Origin: Rhodospirillaceae bacterium | GTDB taxonomy: Bacteria > Pseudomonadota > Alphaproteobacteria > Rhodospirillales > Rhodospirillaceae | Length of the DNA stretch: 64,000 bases | NCBI GenBank assembly: GCA_045564915.1 | Contig: JBJLGL010000014.1 | Span: 7,691-71,690, forward strand | Direction: 5' to 3' | In this document: positions 51,319-61,457 of the stretch, piece after piece | Position numbering within the stretch: position 1 is the first letter of the stretch | How the letters are laid out: every line of letters starts with the position of its first letter | Made by a program: the position numbers and the translations under genes | The notes under the pieces: generated by a model | Seen by the model: the letters and a program-made list of their open reading frames with translations, nothing else | Database searches by the model: none | Told to the model about the DNA's origin: nothing

Positions 51319-52335
51319 TCACTCTGCAATAGGGAAAAAGACGGAGAAAGTAGTCCCTTTTTGTTCCGTACTTTCAATCTCTAGAGTTCCTCCGTGGTGA
51401 TTTACGATATGCTTTACGATGGACAGACCGAGACCTGTTCCTTCAAGCTTACGTGACCGGCTTTTTTCTACCCGATAAAAGCGCTCAGTCAGCCGCGGAA
51501 GATGTTCCGAAGGTATGGGGGCTCCCGTGTTGTGCACTGAAACACAAATACCTTTAGCTGTTTCAGTAGCCATGACACCCATCTCACTGCCAGGTGCACC
51601 ATACTTGATCGCGTTACTCATCAGGTTGTCAAACACCTCAAGTATCTCTTCTTCAACGCCATGAATTTTGGGCAAGTCTTCCGCAATAGAGATGACAATC
51701 GTACTGTCATTTTGTGAGGCACGGTTATGCATTCGGTCGCGAGCTATATCCAAGAGAGTCCCCACATTCACTAACTGGTTCGGACGGATATATTCCTTTG
51801 CTTCAACTCGTGAAAGCGATAGCAAATCATCAATGAGATTTTTCATGCGGAGTGCCTCCTGGCCAATAAGCGAAAGCATGCGCAAGCGCTCCTCGGAGCT
51901 GTCTCCAGCTGGTCCCTCAAGGGCTTCCACAGCCCCCATCACCGCTGTCAAAGGTGAGCGCAATTCATGGCTGACATTGGCAACAAAAGTGGAACGTACA
52001 TCCTCCATATGATGCATAGATGTAAGGTCCATAAATACCAGAAAAACATGTCGGCTGCGCTCAAGTGTTACTTTAGAAACAGTTACCTGATACGTCCGAG
52101 ACGGTTTTGGCCTATGTTCCATCTCACAGACCACAGTCCCTCCATGACCTAGCACCTGGTCTACAGCGTCAATCAATGCTGGACTTCTAAAAGAGCTGGA
52201 AAGATCTGCCCCAATAAGATCAACACCTAGTGAAAACCTAGCCGTTTCGTTAAAGGCTACAACGCTCCGGTTCTCATCTAGCAGAAGGGTCGGCAAGGGG
52301 AGAGCCTCTAGCAATGTCTTAGTATCTAACTCCAT
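51319..52335 (-). CDS. phoR: phosphate regulon sensor histidine kinase with no predicted transmembrane segment
   Basis: 338 aa with a PAS-like N-terminus, H-box HELRSPLT and a C-terminal ATPase domain. An in-frame TAG lies at 52371-52369. Confidence 0.85.
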   Translation of the reverse strand: MELDTKTLLEALPLPTLLLDENRSVVAFNETARFSLGVDLIGADLSSSFRSPALIDAVDQVLGHGGTVVCEMEHRPKPSRTYQVTVSKVTLERSRHVFLVFMDLTSMHHMEDVRSTFVANVSHELRSPLTAVMGAVEALEGPAGDSSEERLRMLSLIGQEALRMKNLIDDLLSLSRVEAKEYIRPNQLVNVGTLLDIARDRMHNRASQNDSTIVISIAEDLPKIHGVEEEILEVFDNLMSNAIKYGAPGSEMGVMATETAKGICVSVHNTGAPIPSEHLPRLTERFYRVEKSRSRKLEGTGLGLSIVKHIVNHHGGTLEIESTEQKGTTFSVFFPIAE

Positions 52336-52415
52336 GGGTGGTGCACTCTCATTTGATATACCTCTTTCCTAATACCTCTTGCGTAACGCGTCTATGGTGG
52401 AAAACCATATTTCGG

Positions 52416-52499
52416 CTGTAATCAAACTGTCATCCAATTTTCATGCTCTAGTCACCAATCTGTCATCGCGCAGTCACCTGATTGGATCATGAGTGTCAT
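52416..52499 (+). promoter_or_regulatory. array of 11-bp-phased Pho-box half sites (about three tandem Pho boxes) in the phoR / porin divergent region
   Basis: 7-mers at 52416 CTGTAAT, 52427 CTGTCAT, 52438 TTTTCAT, 52449 TAGTCAC, 52460 CTGTCAT, 52471 CAGTCAC and 52493 GTGTCAT. Confidence 0.7.
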
Positions 52500-52568
52500 C
52501 TCTATTCTTGATGTTACCTAATGGCTACGGCTTGACACATAAACAAATCACTAGGGTATGAAAGAACG

Positions 52569-53879
52569 ATGACAAAGATGAAAAAAATAAAGATGCGCGG
52601 TTTACTTGTTGCCGCGGTTACAGGTCTTGCAGCAATTCCATTTAATGCTGAAGCACAATCACAGCAGAACCTGCAAATTCAAATCAATGCAATGAAGCTT
52701 CAACTTGAAGACATGCAAAAGCAAATGGAAGAGTTTGAAAACTCAGGCGATGCGGTGACAGTCAAGTGGGAACCTGCTCCAGCTGTCAGCAGCCCAGATG
52801 GAAAATTTGAGATGAACCTACGCGGCCGCATTTTGGCTGATACATCATGGATTTCTGATGGCGACAATAATATCGACACAAAGGCAACGGAATTCCGTAC
52901 CGTTAGGCTAGGCATCGAAGGTAAGGCTTGGAAGGACGTCAAATACAAATTCGAAAGCGACTTCGCGGATAATGAAGTTGGTGTCAAAGATGCCTATATG
53001 GAATGGAAAGCCGCACCAGGAACAAAGATAGCAATTGGACAGTTCAAGACACACAACTCACTAGATGAGCAAACAAGTTCCCGGCACATTTCAGTTATGG
53101 AGAGGGCCTCCTTCACAGATGCATTTGGATTAGCTCGACGCATTGGAGTCAGCGTAGGTTTAGGAGACAAAAACTGGACTGCAAAGGCTGGGCTATTCCG
53201 GGGTTCAAACGGCATAGATGAAGAGAATGAGGGTTCTGAAGTGGCCGCTCGGGTGACCTACAGTCCAAAAGTAGGCGATGTCCAGGCGCATTTCGGGGCA
53301 TCCGTCCGGGCACGTAAGGCTGGTGATCAGTCTAATTTCCGTTACCGCCAACGTCCACACCAGCACCTATCACCCGTGCGTTTCGTTAACACGGGCCGTG
53401 TAGCCAATAAAGACCTATTCTACGGCGCCGAAATTGGCGCCCTGCTTGGTCCCTTCTGGGCTGTGGCTGAGTACAGCGGTCTAAAGGCTGATGCTAATGA
53501 CCCGGTTTTCGAAGATCCCACATTTACCGGCGGATATGCTGAAATCGGATTCTTCCTCACGGGCGAAACGCGTGGTTATAAGGCAGACAAGGGCGCTTGG
53601 GATAGGCCTAAGGTCAATATGCCGGTTCATGAAGGCGGCGTAGGCGCTTGGGCAATAACAGCCCGCTACGATACCCTTGACCTGACCGAACCTGGCTTCC
53701 AAGGCGGTAATCAGAACAGCTTTATAGTAGGTGTAAACTGGTACCTAAACCGTCACACGCGAATGATGCTCAACTACAATAATGCTAGAATAAGAAACGC
53801 CTTTGACGTCGACCTCAATGGTACGGACGGCAAGAATAATGTGGATGGCTTTGGTCTTCGTGCACAGATCGATTGGTAA
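52569..53879 (+). CDS. phosphate-selective porin O/P family protein
   Basis: 436 aa with a signal peptide, an N-terminal coiled segment (QQNLQIQINAMKLQLEDMQKQMEEFE), a beta-rich body and a C-terminal ...AQIDW. Pho boxes lie upstream. Confidence 0.75.
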   Translation: MTKMKKIKMRGLLVAAVTGLAAIPFNAEAQSQQNLQIQINAMKLQLEDMQKQMEEFENSGDAVTVKWEPAPAVSSPDGKFEMNLRGRILADTSWISDGDNNIDTKATEFRTVRLGIEGKAWKDVKYKFESDFADNEVGVKDAYMEWKAAPGTKIAIGQFKTHNSLDEQTSSRHISVMERASFTDAFGLARRIGVSVGLGDKNWTAKAGLFRGSNGIDEENEGSEVAARVTYSPKVGDVQAHFGASVRARKAGDQSNFRYRQRPHQHLSPVRFVNTGRVANKDLFYGAEIGALLGPFWAVAEYSGLKADANDPVFEDPTFTGGYAEIGFFLTGETRGYKADKGAWDRPKVNMPVHEGGVGAWAITARYDTLDLTEPGFQGGNQNSFIVGVNWYLNRHTRMMLNYNNARIRNAFDVDLNGTDGKNNVDGFGLRAQIDW

Positions 53880-53983
53880 AGGTAGTGTTTGTGGTTAGCT
53901 AGTTACCATTTCCCTTTATGTAGTTTTTCCTTTTATTACGACGGCTAGGGCTCTCCCCCCTCACCCAATCAGCCCCGGCTACA

Positions 53984-54020
53984 AGCGGCGAACTCCATCA
54001 AGAGTTCGCCGCTCTTCTTT
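53984..54020 (+). terminator. Rho-independent terminator after the porin gene
   Basis: Stem GCGGCGAACTC (53985-53995) / GAGTTCGCCGC (54002-54012) with a 6-nt loop, followed by a T-rich tail tcttcttt. Confidence 0.65.
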
Positions 54021-54131
54021 GTAATCCGCATAAACATATTTTTTGTATGATATGCCTTTGGAAGCAATAGTGGCTATTGAATATAAATTTGTCACTTTCG
54101 GTAATGAGAGCCAGGCTCTATAGAATAGCTA

Positions 54132-56105
54132 ATGGATCAAGATCTTACAGCTGCCGACAAGGCCTTCAATTTAGGTGACTTCGATAGAGCAGAAATCCTG
54201 TATGCTGAAGCCATGCGGGCCAAGCTGAGGCATCCGAGCACACTGAAAAATCTTGCAACAATTGCACTCTATAAGAATCGTTCCGATGTCGCATTGCGTT
54301 TAACCAAAGAAGTACCTTCTGCAAGCCAGGAATCCGCGGAATTTCTTCACTTACACGGTTTGAGTCTACTCACTGCAGGGTATGTCGACAAGGCTGAGGC
54401 TGCCCTAAGGCACGCCATTTTATTAGCGCCAGACGATAGCCGATTAGCAAACACTTTTGGGCATGCTCTTTTACAGTCAGGACGATGCGAAGATGCCGTC
54501 CAACAATTCTATAAGGCCGCTAAGGCGAACGATGGGGTCATCGAATACTGGCGAGACTTAGAACAAGGCCTAGGGTCTTTATCTAACAATCTTTTTCTAA
54601 GAAATAACATTGGCATCCTTACAGACCTTCTAGGCATACAAGCGGTTAATCGTAAGAAGTGCTCAATACTTGCCCGACAGATAGCACAACCTCTTCTTGA
54701 GGAATTATATGTAGTCTTAAGAAGTAACGAATTTGGGGCTATCCAGGAATGGATAGCGGATCGATATCTAGAAGATAATTTTCAACTTCTGATAGCGCTT
54801 GTCGAAAATACGCCATGTGCAGACCAGGCTCTGGAAAATTTTCTCACAACTTTGCGGACAGTATTTTCTAGTGAAGTTAATAATATCAAAGAAATTAGCT
54901 CCCTAAATTTTCTGGCGGCATTGGCGTCACAATGCATTTTAAACTCTTATGCATTCTACATAAGTGACTCCGAGAATAATCTGGCGAGTAGACTTCAAAA
55001 AGATGTACAAGAAATATTAACAAACGGCGGAGTGGTAAGCCCGCAATATATTGCGTTGTATGCTACGTACCGCCCGTTACACACACTGAGAGATGTAGAA
55101 AATATCATTGAAGCTTTTCCTCTAGAGGAAGGCATAAAAACTCGGTTTACTAAATTGTTTCGTATGCAAATTACGGAACCAATTGAAAGACAAAAACGTC
55201 GTAGTGAAATTCCTGCCCTGACTGGAATAAGCAACGAGATTTCCATTCAAATTCGGGATCAATATGAGGAAAGTCCATATCCACTTTGGCAAGGAGCTAG
55301 ATGGCAGACTAACGAACTGCCTATTGGGTTCCGGCAATCAACCCCAAATCCAATAAACCGCAATCGAGGGGAAGGTCACCGTGTCCTTATTGCCGGCTGT
55401 GGTACAGGACAACATGCCTATGTATACAGTCTCGCTCTGCCAAAAGCTGATATCACCGCAATAGACCTTAGTCTTGATAGTCTAGCCTACGCAGAACAAA
55501 AAAAATTAGAGCTTTGTATGCAAAACGTAACTTTCTGCCAGGGTGACATCCTTCGCCTTCCTGAAACCGGACTTGAATTTGACGAAATATCCTGCATTGG
55601 AGTGCTCCACCACTTACAGAATCCCTTAGATGGTTTAATAGCATTAAGAAGAGTATTCACGGGGGAAGGTGAATTTAGGCTAGCCGTATATACAGAAAGT
55701 GGGCGTGCTGATGTCGTTTCAGGGATCAAATTGCGCGAGCAAGAGCGTTTTTCTTCAACACCAAAAGATATTCGCAGATTCAGAAAACGTGTTCTTGAAT
55801 TAGATGAAAAACACCAAGCAAAGAGGCTTGTAAAATGGGGGGATTTCTATTCTCTTGATGCTTGCCGAGACCTTATCTTCAACGTGCAAGAACATCGGTT
55901 TAATCTAATGACACTATCGAAGCTAATTGTAGACGCGGGATTCGTACTCTCCTCCATAAGAACGAAACCTCGGGTCAAGGACCTCTATCACAAGAAGTAC
56001 TCTGATACAGGTGATGAGATAAATATTCAGAATTGGTATATATTGGAGCAAGAGAATCCCGGCATCTTTGGATCAATGTATGATGTAAACTTAAGTATTA
56101 GATAG
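54132..56105 (+). CDS. TPR-repeat protein fused to a class I SAM-dependent methyltransferase
   Basis: 657 aa with N-terminal TPR-like repeats and a C-terminal VLIAGCGTGQHA...ISCIGVLHHL. Confidence 0.7.
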   Translation: MDQDLTAADKAFNLGDFDRAEILYAEAMRAKLRHPSTLKNLATIALYKNRSDVALRLTKEVPSASQESAEFLHLHGLSLLTAGYVDKAEAALRHAILLAPDDSRLANTFGHALLQSGRCEDAVQQFYKAAKANDGVIEYWRDLEQGLGSLSNNLFLRNNIGILTDLLGIQAVNRKKCSILARQIAQPLLEELYVVLRSNEFGAIQEWIADRYLEDNFQLLIALVENTPCADQALENFLTTLRTVFSSEVNNIKEISSLNFLAALASQCILNSYAFYISDSENNLASRLQKDVQEILTNGGVVSPQYIALYATYRPLHTLRDVENIIEAFPLEEGIKTRFTKLFRMQITEPIERQKRRSEIPALTGISNEISIQIRDQYEESPYPLWQGARWQTNELPIGFRQSTPNPINRNRGEGHRVLIAGCGTGQHAYVYSLALPKADITAIDLSLDSLAYAEQKKLELCMQNVTFCQGDILRLPETGLEFDEISCIGVLHHLQNPLDGLIALRRVFTGEGEFRLAVYTESGRADVVSGIKLREQERFSSTPKDIRRFRKRVLELDEKHQAKRLVKWGDFYSLDACRDLIFNVQEHRFNLMTLSKLIVDAGFVLSSIRTKPRVKDLYHKKYSDTGDEINIQNWYILEQENPGIFGSMYDVNLSIR

Positions 56106-56339
56106 AAGGTTTAATTGAACGAAATTCTATATCAGCGGATTAGCTGCCCAAGTTCAGCTCACCATGCAATATCTCAGTAAATGAAGGCAGAGATTCAAAG
56201 CATTTCCATATCCGCTTATGGCTAAGAAAAGTTATCATTTCACTCGGCATCATTCGCGACCGGTTCCCTATAGGCATGCTGCCTCTGCCGCGTTAGTCTA
56301 TTACGAAATCAACTTAAGAACCGTTAATGGGAGAGCATC

Positions 56340-57749
56340 ATGTCGAATGTGTGGGATGTCATTTGTGTAGGAGCTGGCTCAGCTGGTCTACCTTTGGCTA
56401 TTAAGGCAGCAGAGCGAGGCGCTACGGTCTTGCAGATCGATGCGGATAAGAGGATCGGCGGAACACTACATTGGTCGTCGGGTCAAATCTCCGCAGCTGG
56501 TACTCGTTTACAGAAGGAGAACAACATTGATGATTCTCCAGACGCTCATTACGAAGACGCACAGCGGATCGCAAATGATCAAATAGACCCAACGGTATTA
56601 AGGCTTTTTGTCGACAGCGCGGCAAGCACTATTGATTGGTTGATAGATATCGGCTTCAAACCGGCGGCGGGGACCCCCGTCGCTGGCGAAGCACACGAAG
56701 CATACAGTACGCGCCGCTATCTCTGGGGAGACAATGCAGCAATCTCTATTCTAGATACGTTGCGGCCGGTGCATGAGAAACTTGTGGCAGACGGAAAAAT
56801 TGATCTGCGGCTGGAACACCGTCTGAAGGGCCTAATTTCTGACGATGAGGGTGCCGTTATTGGCGTAACCGTTGATACAGCCAATGGGGAACAAACCTTC
56901 CACGGAAAGAATATAGTATTAGCCTGTGGTGGTTATGCTGCAGGCCCTGAATTGTGGAATGAAATTAACCCTGAAATTCCTCTGTGCTCTTACTGTAATC
57001 CATTTTCGCGGGGTGATGGAATTATCGCAGCTCAGGACCTGGGTGCACGGATAGACGGCAAAGAAAAGTTTCTCTGCACCTTTGCCGGTTTTCTTAACAA
57101 TCCAACCGATCCAACATCAGGTGAGTTCCTGGCTTTGTCACCCAAGGCCCGCAATATCTGGGAAATCTTCGTCGATACGAACGGAGAACGGTTTATGCAA
57201 GAAGATCATCAGAGTATCGACTATCGGGAACGCCGTTTGCTTGAACAGCCCGGTATGCGTATGAATATTGTATTTGACGAAGGCATCCGTCAGAACGCCT
57301 CACCAATTACATTAATGGACTCTAATACCTTTAAAGAAAAGCTTGGCAATCACCCGGCATTTGTAAAAGCAGATACACTTGAAGACCTAGCGGTTCAGCT
57401 AGACGTTCCCGTGGATGCTCTGAAAGCGACCGTTACTAATTACAACGCCGCAGTTGAATCAGAAGAAGACAGAGACTGGGGTAAGTTTTTTCTCATCCGC
57501 AAGATAGAGAACCCGCCCTACTACGGAATAAAGGCTATGGGTATTACGGTGCTAAGTCCCGCAGGTCTTGCCGTTGATGACCAGCTACGCGTTGTTACCG
57601 CAGATGGTACGCCCATTCCGAATGTTTACGCTGCTGGCGAAATACTTGGCTTTGGACGCACATCGGGGAACGCATTTGTCGGTGGATTATCACTGACACC
57701 CGCACTTGCCTTCGGCAAGATTCTGGGCGAGCGGTTACTGCACTGGTAA
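56340..57749 (+). CDS. FAD-dependent oxidoreductase (fumarate reductase / KstD-like flavoprotein fold)
   Basis: 469 aa with the dinucleotide motif DVICVGAGSAGL. Confidence 0.75.
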   Translation: MSNVWDVICVGAGSAGLPLAIKAAERGATVLQIDADKRIGGTLHWSSGQISAAGTRLQKENNIDDSPDAHYEDAQRIANDQIDPTVLRLFVDSAASTIDWLIDIGFKPAAGTPVAGEAHEAYSTRRYLWGDNAAISILDTLRPVHEKLVADGKIDLRLEHRLKGLISDDEGAVIGVTVDTANGEQTFHGKNIVLACGGYAAGPELWNEINPEIPLCSYCNPFSRGDGIIAAQDLGARIDGKEKFLCTFAGFLNNPTDPTSGEFLALSPKARNIWEIFVDTNGERFMQEDHQSIDYRERRLLEQPGMRMNIVFDEGIRQNASPITLMDSNTFKEKLGNHPAFVKADTLEDLAVQLDVPVDALKATVTNYNAAVESEEDRDWGKFFLIRKIENPPYYGIKAMGITVLSPAGLAVDDQLRVVTADGTPIPNVYAAGEILGFGRTSGNAFVGGLSLTPALAFGKILGERLLHW

Positions 57750-57774
57750 AATTACAGAGACAGGCAAGCATTTC

Positions 57775-58566
57775 ATGCATACTGCACCGCGGGCCTTCGA
57801 CGCAGCAGCGTCGGAAAGGGTAGATCGCATATATCAGAACCAGGATATTGTCACTCAGAGAAGGATTATGCTCAAACGCCTTGCCCTAAAACAAGGTGAC
57901 CATGTTCTTGATATTGGTTGTGGTCCAGGACTCCTTGCTCTGGATATGGCCAATTCTATTTCGCCAGCAGGAGCGATTATCGGCGTCGACCCAAGTGCCG
58001 AAATGCGAGCACTTGCCGAGAAGCGATGCAAGGGTGTCGCCAGTATAAATATAATGGATGGTGATGCAGTTAAGCTTCCTTGTGACAGTTCTTCCTTAGA
58101 CATAGCCATCGCAACCCAAGTTTATGAATATGTCACAGAGATCGAAAATGCCCTCTTGGAGGCTTATCGCGTCCTTAAGCCGGGTGGCAGAATCGCGATC
58201 ATCGACACAGATTGGGATAGTGCGGTGGTGCACACCTCTAACCGTAAACGCATGCATGCCGTCATGGAGATTCACCGGGATCACTTTGTTCACCCAGACC
58301 TACCAGGAAAACTACCCTCCCTTCTCGTCAAAGCTGGATTTAGCCTCACCTATGCGGGAACCATACCGATTATTAATATGTCGCTTTCTCCAGAAAATTT
58401 CTGCGGTGACGTACTACGTGGGCTCGCTAAACGCGCATACAAGAGTGACCATGTGGGGCCAGCCATGGCAGAAGCTTGGCTGGAAGAACTGGAAGCTTTG
58501 GATAAAGTGGGAGAGTTTTTTTTCAGTCTGGCGCGGTTTTTTTTCATTGCAACCAAACCATGTTAA
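57775..58566 (+). CDS. class I SAM-dependent methyltransferase
   Basis: Contains VLDIGCGPGLL. The track ORF starts at 57706 inside the upstream gene, so I prefer the Met at 57775. Confidence 0.75.
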   Translation: MHTAPRAFDAAASERVDRIYQNQDIVTQRRIMLKRLALKQGDHVLDIGCGPGLLALDMANSISPAGAIIGVDPSAEMRALAEKRCKGVASINIMDGDAVKLPCDSSSLDIAIATQVYEYVTEIENALLEAYRVLKPGGRIAIIDTDWDSAVVHTSNRKRMHAVMEIHRDHFVHPDLPGKLPSLLVKAGFSLTYAGTIPIINMSLSPENFCGDVLRGLAKRAYKSDHVGPAMAEAWLEELEALDKVGEFFFSLARFFFIATKPC

Positions 58567-58653
58567 TTACTTTCTCTCGTTTTGGAATCGGAATGACCTA
58601 TACGGTTAGGTACACTTTTTAGGTAAAATCGGAGCACCTCGACGGGGACCAAA

Positions 58654-61020
58654 ATGAATTCTTTAATATCTATCTTTTCCTTGCTCTTTCTGTTCGCGCA
58701 CATTCCCGATGCGCTTACCCAGGCTGTTCGTCAAACCAAGGCGCCCTGGGACGACAAATTTCGCCAGCTTGACGAAATCTGGCCTACAGCTAGCGCCTAT
58801 CGCACAGCATCCGGAGCACCTGGTCATGCTTACTGGCAGCAGCGTGCTGACTACAATATTTCTGTGAAACTAAAAGAAGAAGAACGGGAACTCATCGGAG
58901 ACGCCATAATCACCTATACTAATAATTCGCCAGATACTCTTCATTATCTCTGGCTTAATTTGGATCAGAATCGGTTTGCGAGCGACTCAATGCATGTTGC
59001 CCAACGCACATCCAATGGGGATAAGAAAGAATCTTATGGTACGTTAAGGTCAGGCTACGAATATAGAGATGGCGAGTATGGTTTTAGGCTTAATAACGTT
59101 CTAGACGATTCCGGCACTGCATTAGATTACACAATCGTCGACACTTTAATGCGAGTCGACCTTGCCGCACCTCTAGAACCTGGAGGGAAAAGTACCTTTT
59201 CGATCGGCTGGTCGCACAAGATCATCGAAACAGAAATATTGTCAGGTCGAGGTGGCTATGAACATTTTGAGGAAGATAGAAATGATATTTTCCAGATATC
59301 CCAATGGTATCCTCGGATGGCCGTCTACTCAGACGACGAAGGATGGCATCAAAAAAATTTCCTAGGGCGCAGCGAATTCGCTCTAGAGTTTGGTGATTTC
59401 GATGTGAAAATCACCGTTCCGGACGACCATATTGTTGCTTCAACCGGTGTGCTGCAAAACCCAACAGACGTACTTACTAATACGCAGCAGGACCGTCTTG
59501 CCAAAGCGGAGAAAGCCAAATCACCGGTTATGATTGTCACGGAATCTGAGGCAATTTTGAACGAGGCAGAGGGAACTAACGGAATAAAAACCTGGCACTT
59601 CAAAGCTGAAAGTGTGCGTGATTTTGCCTGGGCTTCATCACGTAAATTCCAGTGGGATGCTCAGGGGTACAAGAACCGAGATGATCATACCGTTCTAGCA
59701 ATGTCATATTATCCCAGGGAAGCTAATCCGTTGTGGGGTCGTTACTCGACAGCAGCCTTGATTCATTCGATGGATGTTTTTGGGAAAGCAGTATTTCCGT
59801 ACCCCTATCCAGTTCTAATTTCCGTGAATGGTAAGGTTGGCGGCATGGAATACCCCATGCTAGCGTTTAATGGCCCGAGGCCAGATAAAGACGAAAAGAC
59901 AGGCAAAATAACCTATTCTCGGGCGACAAAGAATGCGCTGATCTCAGTGGTTATTCATGAAGCAGGCCACAATTGGTTCCCTATGATCGTTAATTCTGAC
60001 GAGCGGCGCTGGACTTGGATGGATGAAGGTCTTACCACCTATCTTCAATTCCTTGCTGAACAATTGTGGGAAGACGATTTCCCTTCGCGGCGTGGTGAGC
60101 CACGCGATATTACCGATTTCATGAAGAGTCTGAATCAGGTCCCAATCATGACTGATGGTGAATCACTAAAGAACACCGGTCAAAATGCATACGCCAAGGC
60201 TGCAACTGCTTTGGTAATTCTCCGGGAAACAATCTTAGGGCGCGAATTATTTGATTTTGCTTTTGCAGAGTATTCTAGGCGATGGATGTTTAAGCACCCT
60301 TCGCCCACTGATTTTTTTAGGACAATGGAAGATGCGTCTGGCGTAGACCTTGACTGGTTTTGGCATGGTTGGTTTTACACAACCGACCATGTAGACGTTT
60401 CTATTGAGAAAGTTACTCAGTATCGAATTGATACAAAAGATCCTGATACAGAAATGCCTTGGAAACGAGATCAGCTGGAAAATAGACCACTATCGTTAAC
60501 TCAACAACGAAATGATAAACTGCCTAAAGCCACAGACAATAACCGGGCTTTAAGAGATTTCTACAACAAGAATGATCGCTATACGGTTTCCAACGCAGAC
60601 CGCAACAAATATAAATCCACAATCAATAACCTAAAGGAATGGGAAGCTGAATTGCTTGAGAATGAAGACTATTTCACCATGGTCGACTTCACGAATATTG
60701 GTGGATTAGTGACACCTATCATTCTTGAGATAACCTATAGTAACGGCACTAGGGATGAAGTGCATATTCCAGCAGAAGTTTGGCGGCGCGATACCAAGAA
60801 ATTCTCAAAGCTGCTAGTAACTGATCTTGAGATCAGCAGCATCACACTCGACCCACACCTAGAAACGGCTGATGTAGATCTTAATAATAATTATTGGCCT
60901 ACGAGGGCTGTTGAGTCTCGACTTGAATTGTTTAAAAGAAAGGGCCGCCGCAGCCGTAATTTGATGAAAGATATCGACACTACACTAAATGGAAACAGGA
61001 ACGATCCTAGCGAACAATAG
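58654..61020 (+). CDS. secreted M1-family zinc metallopeptidase
   Basis: 788 aa with a signal peptide, HEAGHNWF, and a downstream WMDEG glutamate. Confidence 0.85.
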   Translation: MNSLISIFSLLFLFAHIPDALTQAVRQTKAPWDDKFRQLDEIWPTASAYRTASGAPGHAYWQQRADYNISVKLKEEERELIGDAIITYTNNSPDTLHYLWLNLDQNRFASDSMHVAQRTSNGDKKESYGTLRSGYEYRDGEYGFRLNNVLDDSGTALDYTIVDTLMRVDLAAPLEPGGKSTFSIGWSHKIIETEILSGRGGYEHFEEDRNDIFQISQWYPRMAVYSDDEGWHQKNFLGRSEFALEFGDFDVKITVPDDHIVASTGVLQNPTDVLTNTQQDRLAKAEKAKSPVMIVTESEAILNEAEGTNGIKTWHFKAESVRDFAWASSRKFQWDAQGYKNRDDHTVLAMSYYPREANPLWGRYSTAALIHSMDVFGKAVFPYPYPVLISVNGKVGGMEYPMLAFNGPRPDKDEKTGKITYSRATKNALISVVIHEAGHNWFPMIVNSDERRWTWMDEGLTTYLQFLAEQLWEDDFPSRRGEPRDITDFMKSLNQVPIMTDGESLKNTGQNAYAKAATALVILRETILGRELFDFAFAEYSRRWMFKHPSPTDFFRTMEDASGVDLDWFWHGWFYTTDHVDVSIEKVTQYRIDTKDPDTEMPWKRDQLENRPLSLTQQRNDKLPKATDNNRALRDFYNKNDRYTVSNADRNKYKSTINNLKEWEAELLENEDYFTMVDFTNIGGLVTPIILEITYSNGTRDEVHIPAEVWRRDTKKFSKLLVTDLEISSITLDPHLETADVDLNNNYWPTRAVESRLELFKRKGRRSRNLMKDIDTTLNGNRNDPSEQ

Positions 61021-61125
61021 ATTCGCAATGGCGTCTATTGAATCTCGCCGAAAATACATAAAGAATAATGGTGGGTGTCAAAGAAATAATATCGCTATTG
61101 GCTTTCCGGGCCCGCCCATAGTTGT

Positions 61126-61410
61126 CTACTCTTCTACAGTAACACCATTCCAGAAAGCTACATGGTCTTCGATATTCGCAGCAGCTTCTTTGGGGCTGGA
61201 ATAATACCAAGCAGCATTCGAATTTTCTGCACCATCAACTATGACATGGAAGTAATTAGCTGTCCCTTTCCACGGACAGAATGACGTATGTTCACTAGTT
61301 TTTAAGTGCTTCTTGATGATTGCATTCTTTGGAAAATAAATGTTGCCCTCAACTGTCTCAAAGGTTTCCGTTTCAGCAATTACGGTGTTATTCCAACATG
61401 CGCGTGCCAT
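61126..61410 (-). CDS. DUF427-domain protein
   Basis: 94 aa with NIYFP...CPWKGTANYF. Confidence 0.65.
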   Translation of the reverse strand: MARACWNNTVIAETETFETVEGNIYFPKNAIIKKHLKTSEHTSFCPWKGTANYFHVIVDGAENSNAAWYYSSPKEAAANIEDHVAFWNGVTVEE

Positions 61411-61457
61411 ATTTATCTCCTAATTTCATAGCGACCTAGGCATGATTTTTTATGCAG

